From the IMG/VR virus record IMGVR_UViG_3300032116_000025: DNA of 64,000 bases. One strand, written 5' to 3'. The stretch is from a virus. Position 1 is the stretch's first letter, and every line of letters starts with the position of its first letter. A program made the translations under genes and the position numbers. Positions 46,833 through 56,139 of the stretch are shown here, piece by piece. The notes under the pieces are model-generated. The model had not been told where the DNA came from. It worked only from the letters and a program-made list of their open reading frames with translations, and searched no databases.

Positions 46833-47218
46833 GAGAGTGCCTCCAGAATTTGCCGCAGTAGATCTTCGCGCTCGTCGTCATCATCTAAGCACTTGGACGA
46901 GTTGCGTAGGAGGATCTCGGCAATCTTGTCCCGGCTAGGGCGTAACCCGGGGTCCAGCAGGGATACGTCTTGATCGGTAACAAGCATACTTGCGTCCGCA
47001 GGGGTGTCGTAGTTGCCGTCTTCCTCATCCAGAACAATGATTTGTCCGCTTTCGCTAAGCAGCCCGGCGGAGTCCTCTAGTTTCCACCCGTTCAACCCAC
47101 AAGCCTGCGCGTAAATAGCGGCCTGTTTGGATTCCAAAAGGCTTCGACTTTCAGCGGTAACGCTGATCGTTAGGTGTTCGCGTAGGTGATGGATTACTTC
47201 TACTCGGTACGTCGGCAT
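46829..47218 (-). CDS. Hypothetical protein
   Basis: GGAGG RBS, CCTATCAG upstream. Confidence 0.65.
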   Translation of the reverse strand: MPTYRVEVIHHLREHLTISVTAESRSLLESKQAAIYAQACGLNGWKLEDSAGLLSESGQIIVLDEEDGNYDTPADASMLVTDQDVSLLDPGLRPSRDKIAEILLRNSSKCLDDDDEREDLLRQILEALS

Positions 47219-47231
47219 ATACCTCCAAATC

Positions 47232-47239
47232 CTGATAGG
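47232..47239 (-). promoter_or_regulatory. CCTATCAG element
   Basis: After a terminator, 13 nt before ATG 47218. Confidence 0.7.
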
Positions 47240-47250
47240 CGATCAAGAGT

Positions 47251-47287
47251 AAAGGTATGAGGGCGGGCCCCGGCCCGCCCTCATACC
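47251..47287 (-). terminator. Intrinsic terminator overlapping stop codon
   Basis: GGTATGAGGGCGGGCC-CC-GGCCCGCCCTCATACC hairpin. Confidence 0.7.
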
Positions 47288-47727
47288 CACCTAATCGTCC
47301 CATCCCTGTGTACGGTTATGATCGGTATACCCTGGCAGACCGCTTGACGGATCACTCCGAGATCCGCTGACTCGGGCGGGTACCGCCGCTTGCCGTCAGC
47401 ATCTTCTACGGGGAAGGCCACGACGAGAGAAACCCCAACGGCTAGGTATGGGTCTCTTTCGTACGTGGCGGTCAGTCGTTTGTCCTTGTCGGGTCCTACT
47501 AAAGTTGCTGGCGCGCCGAGTTGCTCGGCTACCTCTTCAACTACTTGGTCGAAGGGGAACTTACCAGCGTGTACCACTTGGTAAGGCCGAACCAAGAACA
47601 GGTCAGCCATCACGTCCCGAACTAGATCTCTGTCTACGTACCACGTCCGGCACGCAGGACCTACTACGAGCAGTACGGGGTCTTCAGCCTGTAGAAGCGC
47701 GTAAACAGCGCGTCGATAGTCGTCCAT
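47281..47727 (-). CDS. Divergent SLOG-like protein
   Basis: LLVVG..VVHAG..D..A..VVAFP..I.QA..GIP Rossmannoid pattern. Confidence 0.5.
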   Translation of the reverse strand: MDDYRRAVYALLQAEDPVLLVVGPACRTWYVDRDLVRDVMADLFLVRPYQVVHAGKFPFDQVVEEVAEQLGAPATLVGPDKDKRLTATYERDPYLAVGVSLVVAFPVEDADGKRRYPPESADLGVIRQAVCQGIPIITVHRDGTIRWV

Positions 47728-47733
47728 CTGTGT

Positions 47734-47741
47734 CTGATAGG
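47734..47741 (-). promoter_or_regulatory. CCTATCAG element
   Basis: 6 nt before ATG 47727. Confidence 0.7.
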
Positions 47742-47745
47742 CGAC

Positions 47746-48321
47746 TCACTCAGACAACTCCAAGAATCTCCGGCGCACCATGCTCCAGGGAAGCCTCCCG
47801 CCGGTAGATTCAATCTCCATGAACGTTGCCCGGTTTGATACAGAAAAGACCGGGCGAATCCAGAAATCTTTGTCCCTTGTGGGAATGATCTTTAGAGAGA
47901 CTTGAACTTCTCCCCCGTCTTCTCCAATGAGGTCTGGATCAGTCCCGAGCAGTTCTTCTAGCTGCGACCCTTTTACAAACAGTAGGTCTTGATCCTGCTG
48001 CACTGCCCTCTGGAGGGGCATGCCGGAATAATGGTCGCTTCCAGGGTATGGCGCCCCGTCCCAGTCATCAGAGAACTCTTCAAGAGCCAGGTGCAACGCC
48101 ATATCGTCAAGCGCTGCACCTAGCCCAGAAGATAGGGCAACCTGGTACTGGGTAACTAGAAGACAGCTTGTCTTCTCTGGAACGTTCTCAAGCTCAGAAA
48201 CGAGCTGATCTAGTTCTTTGCTTACCCGAAGGTCTATGACTATGTGTGTTTGTAAATCTGATCCTGTGTCCGCAGCGCGAAATAACGCGTAGTAGGTGTT
48301 TGGATCGATACTAAAGTACAT
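47746..48321 (-). CDS. Hypothetical protein
   Basis: ORF track. Confidence 0.6.
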   Translation of the reverse strand: MYFSIDPNTYYALFRAADTGSDLQTHIVIDLRVSKELDQLVSELENVPEKTSCLLVTQYQVALSSGLGAALDDMALHLALEEFSDDWDGAPYPGSDHYSGMPLQRAVQQDQDLLFVKGSQLEELLGTDPDLIGEDGGEVQVSLKIIPTRDKDFWIRPVFSVSNRATFMEIESTGGRLPWSMVRRRFLELSE

Positions 48322-48733
48322 GTTGAAGATGCTGCTCCACTACGTTGTAGACGTGCCCAAGGTCTTGGTGGTCCACGTCTTGATCCAACAAATCTCTAAG
48401 TAGCGCCCGTACCGCAAGAAGAACATCCCTAGGGCTGTTTGGGTCCTTCACAGACACGTTGGCCGCATCTAGCTCTCTACGGCGCTGTAGGATCCAAGCC
48501 TTTAGGTCTCCGTACTCTACCCGCTTAAAGACCAAACTCGCGTGGGTTCTTGACCGCCAGCTACGGTACTCACCCCTAGGCATGGGAGACCCATCCGAAC
48601 TTCGTCGGTCTCCCGGGGCAAGTTGCTTCTCGATGTTCATGATGTCGATCAGAAGCTCACGCATACGGGCCTGCGCAGCGCTGATAGACTTAGGGGGATC
48701 AAACTCGTATTTGTGTGCATGTGGGCTTGCCAT
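48311..48733 (-). CDS. Hypothetical protein
   Basis: ORF track. Confidence 0.6.
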   Translation of the reverse strand: MASPHAHKYEFDPPKSISAAQARMRELLIDIMNIEKQLAPGDRRSSDGSPMPRGEYRSWRSRTHASLVFKRVEYGDLKAWILQRRRELDAANVSVKDPNSPRDVLLAVRALLRDLLDQDVDHQDLGHVYNVVEQHLQHVL

Positions 48734-49064
48734 AGTCCTGCTCCATTTTATGCACGCTAACTAGAAGCCGGTGGCTTCTGGCCGCGTTCACGAGAATCTT
48801 AGTGCTAACACAGGTTCCATCGCAAATCGCGATGAGCCCGTCCGCGTGACGAATCATGCCTTGGTATTTAGCGCCGACCTCATCGTCGGAGAACCGGTGT
48901 AGCCGCAGTTTGCGGCTACGTGCATACCGCTCTACCGCCCCGTCAACGCCATGTACACCTCCGGTGATCACTTCGGTGACATCGTACTGAGAGGCAGCTA
49001 CCGCGTTTTCTACAACCGTCAGTGTGGGCTCAAACGAAAGGCTGCCAGCAATGATCACGCGCAC
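48699..49064 (-). CDS. SLOG family (YspA/DUF2493-like) protein
   Basis: MRVIIAGS, VITGG..GVD...ERYA, M...AD.LIA..DG...T. Confidence 0.7.
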   Translation of the reverse strand: MRVIIAGSLSFEPTLTVVENAVAASQYDVTEVITGGVHGVDGAVERYARSRKLRLHRFSDDEVGAKYQGMIRHADGLIAICDGTCVSTKILVNAARSHRLLVSVHKMEQDYGKPTCTQIRV

Positions 49065-49423
49065 GTCTTTCGCTCCGACAGAAGCTGTTGCACATACTGA
49101 GGCGTGTAGCTCAGTCCTACTGCTTCATCTGGGAAGAGCAGAAACGGGTGGGATTGGGATCCACCGGAAAACAACATCCACACGTTCCCAGTCTTTGAAT
49201 CCACCAAGACGTGGATCTCTGAAAAGTCTAGCGGCTTACAGGAAAAGTCTTTGAGCACGTGCCAAAAGCTGATCCTTTCGTTCTCTCGGTGAAATCCGAG
49301 CCAGCCCATCCCGCCGTCAGGGCTGTACACCTCTGCACCCCTCAACCAACTGTGCGGCGCAGGAAGGTTCTCGTATCCTCCCAGTGGGATCGCCTTCTCT
49401 TGTAACTTGTGCATGTAGGGCAT
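49055..49423 (-). CDS. Hypothetical protein
   Basis: GGAG RBS. Confidence 0.55.
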   Translation of the reverse strand: MPYMHKLQEKAIPLGGYENLPAPHSWLRGAEVYSPDGGMGWLGFHRENERISFWHVLKDFSCKPLDFSEIHVLVDSKTGNVWMLFSGGSQSHPFLLFPDEAVGLSYTPQYVQQLLSERKTCA

Positions 49424-49503
49424 TTATCTCCGCAAAAGAACAAGCGTCGTGTGCCTACTGGTTTGGTAGTAGGAGGACTTGGCACACGACGCTCGTTCAA
49501 ACT

Positions 49504-49511
49504 CTGATAGG
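49504..49511 (-). promoter_or_regulatory. CCTATCAG element
   Basis: Intergenic after thyX. Confidence 0.65.
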
Positions 49512-49526
49512 CGAAAACTAAGATTT

Positions 49527-50408
49527 TCAGCCGATTCTGTAGATGCTTTCTCCCGGCATCATCTTTCGGTACTGGAACCACGGCACCGCAAAGTTGCCGA
49601 TGCACACAGGCAGATGCCTACCCCGCTCTTCGTCCCAGAGGTGATAAGCCACCCTGTTGATCTCCTCTTGTGTAGCTACGCGCGCCTGGTGCTCAAAGGG
49701 GCTCCAATGCCCACTAGCCTTCAGCGCATCATGTCGCGCAACGTACTCCGTTAACGACTTCTCTACGCGCTGCCGCTCGTAGCTAACGGCCGCGCATCGC
49801 GCGACGCTAATAGCTACGATGCGAATGTCGGGGTCATCGTGGTGGCCGTAGCCCATTTCGGAGTGCTCAACGTACGGGGCGTGCCACTCCCCTACGTTTA
49901 GCTCTTTAGGTACGCTTGCATCCATGGCGTCCTTCATTGCTTGTGCTGTCCTCTGGATCTCAGGGGCAGCATCCGGATGAAGACGCAGCGCGAAGAAGTT
50001 GTCCCACTCGGTCGCGGTAACGACTACCGTGTGCCAAACGTACGGCTCTAGGACTCGGTTAGCTTGCTGCTTGTGAACTTCAACACTCGCAAGGCTTTCG
50101 GCAAACTCAGCCGCCATATTTGACGCGCCGATCCAGTATGCGCTGGCGTTGCGTGCGTCGCTCTCTGCAAGAAGAACGTCCGCCTGCATTCCAGATTTGT
50201 TCTTGGTGAACTCTGGAATAAACGGGTTATCTTGTACCTGCTGGACCCGGGTCTTTACCGGGATCGCACGGCTGCTTGCTGAGTTCCTGCTAAACACTCT
50301 GTGGGTGTTGAACTCAGCGAGAATGTAACGAGGGAAGGTGACTTCCAAAGTAGTAAGGCGGACTCCCTGTGCGAGGGAATCCGCCACAACAACCGCGCTA
50401 TAGCTCAC
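49527..50408 (-). CDS. thyX: FAD-dependent thymidylate synthase
   Basis: PRYILAEFNTHRVFSRNSASSRAIP, KQQANR.LEP, FF.LR..A.PEI, H.SPFEHQA. Confidence 0.9.
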   Translation of the reverse strand: MSYSAVVVADSLAQGVRLTTLEVTFPRYILAEFNTHRVFSRNSASSRAIPVKTRVQQVQDNPFIPEFTKNKSGMQADVLLAESDARNASAYWIGASNMAAEFAESLASVEVHKQQANRVLEPYVWHTVVVTATEWDNFFALRLHPDAAPEIQRTAQAMKDAMDASVPKELNVGEWHAPYVEHSEMGYGHHDDPDIRIVAISVARCAAVSYERQRVEKSLTEYVARHDALKASGHWSPFEHQARVATQEEINRVAYHLWDEERGRHLPVCIGNFAVPWFQYRKMMPGESIYRIG

Positions 50409-50704
50409 TTCTTTGCCTGACGCTTCTTTGCGGGAGTTGGACGAGTAAGAGTTTTTGCGGGTCGCAGGTAGAACTCCAACTCGCTGCGGATCAGGTGCCG
50501 GAAGCTGTCGAGGTACTGAGCGTCGAGCAACTCCTGCTGCTCGACTACTGCTTGGGCGCGCCGAAGCTTGGTTTCCAGCTCACTAACTTTCTGGTTGAGT
50601 TTAGCCCGCTCCAAGATCAACTGCTTGTTTTCGTGATCAAGCTCCTGTACGCGCTTGAACACCGCATTCATCGCTGCCCGCTGTTCTTCAGTCATTTCTT
50701 CCAT
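50405..50704 (-). CDS. Coiled-coil hypothetical protein
   Basis: ORF track. Confidence 0.6.
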   Translation of the reverse strand: MEEMTEEQRAAMNAVFKRVQELDHENKQLILERAKLNQKVSELETKLRRAQAVVEQQELLDAQYLDSFRHLIRSELEFYLRPAKTLTRPTPAKKRQAKK

Positions 50705-51309
50705 TGCTTATTCTCCGCGTCTGGGCGTGCCTCTGTTACGCCCTGCTGTCCCTGGTACTTTGAGCGAAGCGCTGGATGTCCATACGGGCGCTCAACACGG
50801 CCGTCTACCCTAGAGAAGCTGAGCTGGCAGATCCGCATGCCCACCGTCAGGTCAATCGGCCTGGGGCTCAGGTTCATCATCTCTAACGTAATCGTTCCGT
50901 GAAATCCAGGGTCAATGAACCCCGCTGTCACATGAACCAGGAGCCCAAGGCGAGCTAGGCTGCTCTTTCCCTCTACGCGGGCGACTAGGTTGTTTGGGAT
51001 TTTTACCCGCTCAAGGGTCGTTGCAAGCGTAAATACCCCTGGGTCTAGTATGAAGGCCGCGCTGGCCTCACCAAGCTCTGTGGGAATCTTTGTGGTGGAT
51101 ACCCAAGAGTCAGGGTACGAAGACAGTGGGTCTAACGGCTCAGCATTCCGCGCGTTGAGCGGAACGGAGAACTGTTTGAACTCACCGCCTAGCCGGAGAT
51201 CAACAGAAGCTGGCTGGAACTGGGTATCGTGTGGGAACGGGTCAATCACCAGCCGAAAGGACTGCTCCTCTTCGGACAACGCGTGACGGATCATCGTGTC
51301 TGCTAACAT
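50692..51309 (-). CDS. dcd: dCTP deaminase
   Basis: QPASVDLRLG, EGKSSLARLGL.VH.TAGFIDPGF.G.ITLE, ICQL.F, KYQGQ. Confidence 0.95.
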   Translation of the reverse strand: MLADTMIRHALSEEEQSFRLVIDPFPHDTQFQPASVDLRLGGEFKQFSVPLNARNAEPLDPLSSYPDSWVSTTKIPTELGEASAAFILDPGVFTLATTLERVKIPNNLVARVEGKSSLARLGLLVHVTAGFIDPGFHGTITLEMMNLSPRPIDLTVGMRICQLSFSRVDGRVERPYGHPALRSKYQGQQGVTEARPDAENKQWKK

Positions 51310-51779
51310 TTTGCTGCACCTCCAAGGCCGTACCTGAGCGTGTGGAAGAACGGTGGCAGCTTGGACCAGCTGCCCTTGCTGACTAAGTCCCAATCACCAA
51401 CTGGAATGTAGTTAGGCACGTCAAGTACCCACGTTTTTGTCCCGTCGGTAACGTGCTCCATGTGCAATACCGCTACGCTTGCGGATCCCTCTGGCGGGAT
51501 ATTTAGTAGTTCACAGGCAACCTTTCGCGGAACAAGCGCAACCATTCCCGAGGCGAAGCAGTCCCTAGACCGCAAAGACACTTCTTCTGCGAGGGAGTGA
51601 ACGTCCTCAACGCTGTGGATGGGGTACCCAAGACTAGTGCGGGTAATTTCGAAGCTTTCGTCGCACATCCCCCTGCGGATGGAAATGCCGATCGGCATCG
51701 GGCGCTCGCCTAGTGCAAGAGCACCCTCAAAGCCACCTTGGTAAGCCTCAGTAAGGCACTCAATCTCGTCCCAGTCCAT
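51303..51779 (-). CDS. Hypothetical protein
   Basis: AAGGA RBS before MDWDEIE. Confidence 0.6.
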   Translation of the reverse strand: MDWDEIECLTEAYQGGFEGALALGERPMPIGISIRRGMCDESFEITRTSLGYPIHSVEDVHSLAEEVSLRSRDCFASGMVALVPRKVACELLNIPPEGSASVAVLHMEHVTDGTKTWVLDVPNYIPVGDWDLVSKGSWSKLPPFFHTLRYGLGGAAKC

Positions 51780-51792
51780 ACCGTTCCTTGGC

Positions 51793-51837
51793 AAAAGTTG
51801 CGGGAAAAGGGGCTTTGTAAACCACTCTCCCGCAACT
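51793..51837 (-). terminator. Possible terminator hairpin
   Basis: AGTTGCGGGA...TCCCGCAACT inverted repeat, UUUU on minus strand. Confidence 0.55.
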
Positions 51838-51839
51838 GG

Positions 51840-52415
51840 TCACTTTGACTCTACAAGGATCTCGTAGAGCACTTCCGCGTCTAGTTCTCCTAGCTCTGAG
51901 CGGGGCACCTCACGTCCCTCATGTGTAAGCACGCCCGTCGAGGTTTGCTTCGCCAAGAACTCATACTTGTCCGCAGACGACAGGTTGGGTTGTGGCTTCT
52001 GGTACCCCGCGGTCTCTACGGCCACCATGAAGTCTGACTCCGACTTCGACAGTCGGTGAACCACATCTGCAACCTTCATCACAGGTCGAATGTCAGACCT
52101 TGTCTGAGCACGGAAACGCGTAGGGGTGGGGGCCACTTCTTCTTGCTTCCAAGAGGTCACTAGATCTGTCAGGGCATAGTAAGCGTTCAGTGGGCTGATG
52201 CTTTGAACGCTCACGTCTCCAACGTGGCCGTCGCGCTCCTGCACAAGCGAAACCCGCGTCTGGCCGGAGTTCTTTCCGGTACCCCGAAGAACCACGAGAA
52301 ACACCTCGCCGGGAAAGACCCCAACGTCGAACCTTCGCTCGGGACGCCAACCCTCCGGTTGGGCGGGGGGTGCTGCTGTACGAGGCTTAACTACCGGAAT
52401 GTTTTTGATGTCCAT
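51840..52415 (-). CDS. Hypothetical protein
   Basis: AAGGAG RBS, CCTATCAG upstream. Confidence 0.65.
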   Translation of the reverse strand: MDIKNIPVVKPRTAAPPAQPEGWRPERRFDVGVFPGEVFLVVLRGTGKNSGQTRVSLVQERDGHVGDVSVQSISPLNAYYALTDLVTSWKQEEVAPTPTRFRAQTRSDIRPVMKVADVVHRLSKSESDFMVAVETAGYQKPQPNLSSADKYEFLAKQTSTGVLTHEGREVPRSELGELDAEVLYEILVESK

Positions 52416-52451
52416 GTACGTCTCCTTACGGAAGTACGACTCCCGCAGAAG

Positions 52452-52459
52452 CTGATAGG
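52452..52459 (-). promoter_or_regulatory. CCTATCAG element
   Basis: 36 nt before ATG 52415. Confidence 0.7.
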
Positions 52460-52464
52460 AGGTA

Positions 52465-52905
52465 TCACTGCGCCTTTACAAGGTGCCCAGGAACCGCCCA
52501 CAACTGCTCAATCGCCGTAAGCACCGAGTAAACGGTGTCTGATCGTATGATCGCGGACGACGCCTTGCCGCGCTTATCATACCGCCCCTCAATGTGGTTC
52601 TTCCACCTAGAGAACGGGGGAGGGCAGCAGCGGCTAACAAAAGCGGGAGAGGCAGCGCAAGTGCAGGACATACGTCCGCCTTCCGGAGGCGCATGCACCG
52701 CTAAGTACACAGCAACCATGCTCTCCGCAAAGTCGTGCCGCCGCTGAATAGGGAGATCACGAGAGAAGCGACTAAAGCCGCCACACTTTTCCCGAGTTTC
52801 CGGGTTAAGCACGATGGACGACAACACGGACAAGGTGTCAGCAGGGGTAGCTTCCTCCCCCTGAAGCTTAAATAACGAAGATCCAAAGTCCTCGTTGCTG
52901 ATCAT
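52465..52905 (-). CDS. Hypothetical protein
   Basis: ATGA coupling. Confidence 0.55.
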   Translation of the reverse strand: MISNEDFGSSLFKLQGEEATPADTLSVLSSIVLNPETREKCGGFSRFSRDLPIQRRHDFAESMVAVYLAVHAPPEGGRMSCTCAASPAFVSRCCPPPFSRWKNHIEGRYDKRGKASSAIIRSDTVYSVLTAIEQLWAVPGHLVKAQ

Positions 52906-53225
52906 GAAGTTACTTTAAGCTCCAGTTTTGGGGTGGTGTGCACGGCCTCACTCTCCGCCTCCAGAACAAGCTTGAGCTGGTTGGGAGATACCTCTGAGAT
53001 GCGAATCTCAAAGTCAAAGTATTTCTGGCGGCTTGCATACTCCACCCAGGCAATCCTGCCTGCGGGTTCGCCAGAGCGAAAGATTACGGTTGTATAGATC
53101 AACTCGTCGTTACCGAACGTTTTTAGCAGATCTTTAAGCCCCCCGACACCATTTGTAGGACTCAGCGTCCACTGGTGCAGGGCGGTAATCTTCTCCATCG
53201 TTTGGGCCGAGACTGGATTACTCAC
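52902..53225 (-). CDS. Hypothetical protein
   Basis: GGAGG RBS. Confidence 0.55.
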   Translation of the reverse strand: MSNPVSAQTMEKITALHQWTLSPTNGVGGLKDLLKTFGNDELIYTTVIFRSGEPAGRIAWVEYASRQKYFDFEIRISEVSPNQLKLVLEAESEAVHTTPKLELKVTS

Positions 53226-53594
53226 TCATCCTCCGTTTGCGAAATCGTAGTCGTCAACGAGGCTCCAACCCACGGTAGCAAGCGGGTCCGGGGTGACCAT
53301 CACAGAGACGGGATTGCGAGCACTAGTGCGCAAAACGTCATTCACGTCTGCCCTAGTGATCTTCCTCTCTAACTCAAGAAAATAGGTCTGGTTCTCGGGC
53401 CACCCCTTGCCTAGCTCAATCCGCGGGGGTGGTCTTCCACCAATGTCCTGCCAACGGATCCACAAGGAGTACCTAGTGATACCGTTGGCTTGGTCAATGA
53501 TCGTACGAAGCCGCTTGACTTCAGCGGAGTTACCCGCAAGCGCGGCGCTGATTAGGGCATCGTATTGAGGGCGGCTTAGGGTCACGCTGGGCAT
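53226..53594 (-). CDS. Hypothetical protein
   Basis: AAGGAG RBS; TGcTAAACT upstream. Confidence 0.65.
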   Translation of the reverse strand: MPSVTLSRPQYDALISAALAGNSAEVKRLRTIIDQANGITRYSLWIRWQDIGGRPPPRIELGKGWPENQTYFLELERKITRADVNDVLRTSARNPVSVMVTPDPLATVGWSLVDDYDFANGG

Positions 53595-53642
53595 AAGGCT
53601 CCTTAGAAGCCCAAGTTTAGCACCCTAAGCCGCCACCATCGT

Positions 53643-54005
53643 TTACTTCGGCTCGTCGTTAGCCTTTAACGCAATTTTTAGCAGGACTAAGTAGCCCATC
53701 AGATCAAGTATGACGTCCTCTCCCGCGTCGCTACCCCGTGATAGGCGTGACAGCTTGTCGTCAAGGCGAACTAGTAGCTGCTCGACAGTGGACGCCTTGG
53801 AGAAAATACGTACGGGCTCTAGGGCAGAGTTGCCGTAGGCCGCGTTCTTCTGAATAAGCACCTCAGCAATGGCTAGGCATTCCTCTAGGATCTTCGTTCC
53901 AAGAGGAGCGCTCTGCGCTGCTTGGATAACATCGGTGATCTGGTTTCGCACGGGGTTCAGCGACACGCCGCCTCCTCTAGTAACCAATCTTTGAAAGCGA
54001 TCCAA
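53643..54005 (-). CDS. Nucleotide-modification-associated (Nmad1/DUF1599-like) helical protein
   Basis: KNAAYGNS, RLDDKLSR, ED..LDL.GY. Confidence 0.65.
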   Translation of the reverse strand: MDRFQRLVTRGGGVSLNPVRNQITDVIQAAQSAPLGTKILEECLAIAEVLIQKNAAYGNSALEPVRIFSKASTVEQLLVRLDDKLSRLSRGSDAGEDVILDLMGYLVLLKIALKANDEPK

Positions 54006-54580
54006 CCTCTTGTATCAAAATCTGATCCGAGCTTTCCGTTATTCCAGGCATATTCAGTTGTGATCTCGTTAGCCAGCTGCCTAAGATCGTCCACGCTTAA
54101 GACGTGCTTATGCGATTTAACTAAGTCTTGGATCAACCCGGGCATATAGGTTTGTCGCCCAACGGAGTATCGGATAGAGCAGAAGAAGAGCGTGCGGAGA
54201 TCCGCGTTCCAGACTTCTGTTGCTCCCGGGCTCAGCCTAGGCAGCTTGGCTCGTTTTGGGGCGGGCGCGCTAACTGTCTCGCCGGTGAGAACCCAAACTG
54301 CTGCCCTGTTACCCGAGGGTGTGGTGCGGTAACCGCCGCTGTCCTTCACAAGGCCCGCAAGCACGAGGCCGCGCCGACGCGCCGATGCAGTGGATTGGCG
54401 CAGGTTGAGGGCCGATTCGATCTCCCTATCGGTCAAGCCTGACGAACCCGCGGATTGAAACAGCTCTAAGATCCTCTTGTTGTCAGATACCGCCTTTGTA
54501 GCCTCGTTCTTCGCGGCATCTTCGCTGGTACCAGAGCCAACTACGTAGGGCAGAGTTACTTGTTCCACCTTATTTACCAC
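53957..54580 (-). CDS. Winged-helix protein fused to second domain
   Basis: GLTD.EI...L..STASARR..LV..GLV.DSG..R.TPSG..A.VW; RYSVGRQTYMP. Confidence 0.65.
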   Translation of the reverse strand: MVNKVEQVTLPYVVGSGTSEDAAKNEATKAVSDNKRILELFQSAGSSGLTDREIESALNLRQSTASARRRGLVLAGLVKDSGGYRTTPSGNRAAVWVLTGETVSAPAPKRAKLPRLSPGATEVWNADLRTLFFCSIRYSVGRQTYMPGLIQDLVKSHKHVLSVDDLRQLANEITTEYAWNNGKLGSDFDTRGWIAFKDWLLEEAACR

Positions 54581-54767
54581 CTGTCTGAAAGGCGCAGAAC
54601 ACCAGCCCTTTGCCGTCAGGGGACAGCATCATAGCTACCTCCTGATTTTCAGGCAGCTTCCACGCCTTCTTGAGAGTCGCCATGTAGCGGACGACCTCGT
54701 CATGTCCGTGCTCGCCAAGGAGAGCCTTGGGGCTCAGGTGGTAGACCTCTTCCTCTTTCATGTTCAT
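54570..54767 (-). CDS. Hypothetical protein
   Basis: Coupled. Confidence 0.55.
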   Translation of the reverse strand: MNMKEEEVYHLSPKALLGEHGHDEVVRYMATLKKAWKLPENQEVAMMLSPDGKGLVFCAFQTGGK

Positions 54768-55339
54768 TTCTCTCCTCTGATTGCCTTTAACGCGGCGTAG
54801 TACACAAGACGCGCATCCTCAGCGTCTTTGAGCGCGCTGTGACTGCCCTCCGTAGGCATCGCGAGGTGCTTACGGAGTTTGTCGAGGGACAGACCGGGTC
54901 CCGTCCCAGTCGCGTTCCACGCGGCGTAAGCCATCGTTACCGTATCCAGCCTGTGATACGGGATACGGACTTTTCGCCCGATGCGGGTGAACGCCGCCTC
55001 GATGAACCCAACGTCGAACCCAACGTTGTGCCCACAGATAATGCTGCCGGAGGCCAGCAGCTTCGCCAGCTCGTCAGCGATTTCGTTGAATGGCCGAGCG
55101 TCCTTCCACTTCTCCGGCGTGTAGCCGTTGACCTCAAGGGCCCTGGCATCAGCCGCCTCGATGCGCTCAGGGGCAATCTTAGCAGACCACCCGCCTACGA
55201 TACTGCCGCTGCCGTCTGCATGCACTGTCTCGGTTACGACGGCGACTTCAATGACTTCGTGCTCAGACGGGTTGAGGCCAGTCGTCTCCGTGTCAACCCA
55301 TAGCCTGCGCGGATTTACAATCTTGTGCGGTTCATTCAT
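54764..55339 (-). CDS. DEDDh 3'-5' exonuclease (DnaQ-like)
   Basis: VDTETTGL, GHNVGFD, LDT, HSALKDA. Confidence 0.9.
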   Translation of the reverse strand: MNEPHKIVNPRRLWVDTETTGLNPSEHEVIEVAVVTETVHADGSGSIVGGWSAKIAPERIEAADARALEVNGYTPEKWKDARPFNEIADELAKLLASGSIICGHNVGFDVGFIEAAFTRIGRKVRIPYHRLDTVTMAYAAWNATGTGPGLSLDKLRKHLAMPTEGSHSALKDAEDARLVYYAALKAIRGEK

Positions 55340-55608
55340 GGCTTTGCCTGTAGTTTGCTGAGACGCTCGATCGCTTCTTCTGCCTGCTGCACCTTATTGC
55401 TGCGGATGTCCTCGCGGGTCTGCGCGGGCTCCGGCCATACAACGAGGTCGTGCGGGTACGGGCTGTCGGTGCCGTGTGTTTTCCGCTGATTGAGCCGTGC
55501 ATCCTCAGTCAGGCGCATCGCTAGGTACGCCTCCATTTGAGACCTGTACGGCCCGGACCGCGCGAGCCCCGCGCCTGAGGCGTACCAATGAACATCTGCG
55601 GGCCTCAT
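55336..55608 (-). CDS. Hypothetical protein
   Basis: Start taken at MRPADVHW. Confidence 0.5.
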   Translation of the reverse strand: MRPADVHWYASGAGLARSGPYRSQMEAYLAMRLTEDARLNQRKTHGTDSPYPHDLVVWPEPAQTREDIRSNKVQQAEEAIERLSKLQAKP

Positions 55609-55747
55609 TTCGGATCGTTCCCTTTCCCGAGCAATATGTCCCAGATCGCTCCAAACATCGCCGCCACGAACACGAAGGGCATCCACAGCACCTCGGGCGC
55701 AGTGACCAAGAGCGCAAGGATGACCAAACCCAGCGTGGAAAAGGTGA

Positions 55748-56023
55748 TCACTTCACCACCTCTTTTAATGTGTCGTTAACCAAGTCTCGGATTGCGTCTA
55801 CTTTGTCCCTCTTGGCAGGATCAGTCGGACTCACGCCCACCCACGGGCGACACTCTACGAGGCGCCGACGAAGCTGACGGCGTTCACTGCGCAGTACAGC
55901 AGACTCGTTGCGAGACTCATTGAGTGCTACTTCCAGGCGTGCTACATGCATTTGGAGGCTAGTCACCTCTTCGGAGTAAAGCGCTACCCGATCTTTTAGC
56001 TGCCTGATCTCAACTTTGCTCAT
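55748..56023 (-). CDS. Modular coiled-coil protein
   Basis: RRRLVECRPWVG module. Confidence 0.6.
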   Translation of the reverse strand: MSKVEIRQLKDRVALYSEEVTSLQMHVARLEVALNESRNESAVLRSERRQLRRRLVECRPWVGVSPTDPAKRDKVDAIRDLVNDTLKEVVK

Positions 56024-56139
56024 CGCTCGTGCTCTCCGCCTTCAAACGTAGTGATGCGCGTCCTGCCGCACCTCCACGCAGCCTGCGCGGCTGCACGTCG
56101 GCCCGCACGAGTGAATGTCATCGGCGTGTTGTTCAGTCG

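Noticed and set aside
53738-53745. Near-match CCTATCAC on the minus strand
   Set aside because: Inside a CDS and lacks the final G; not counted as a motif copy
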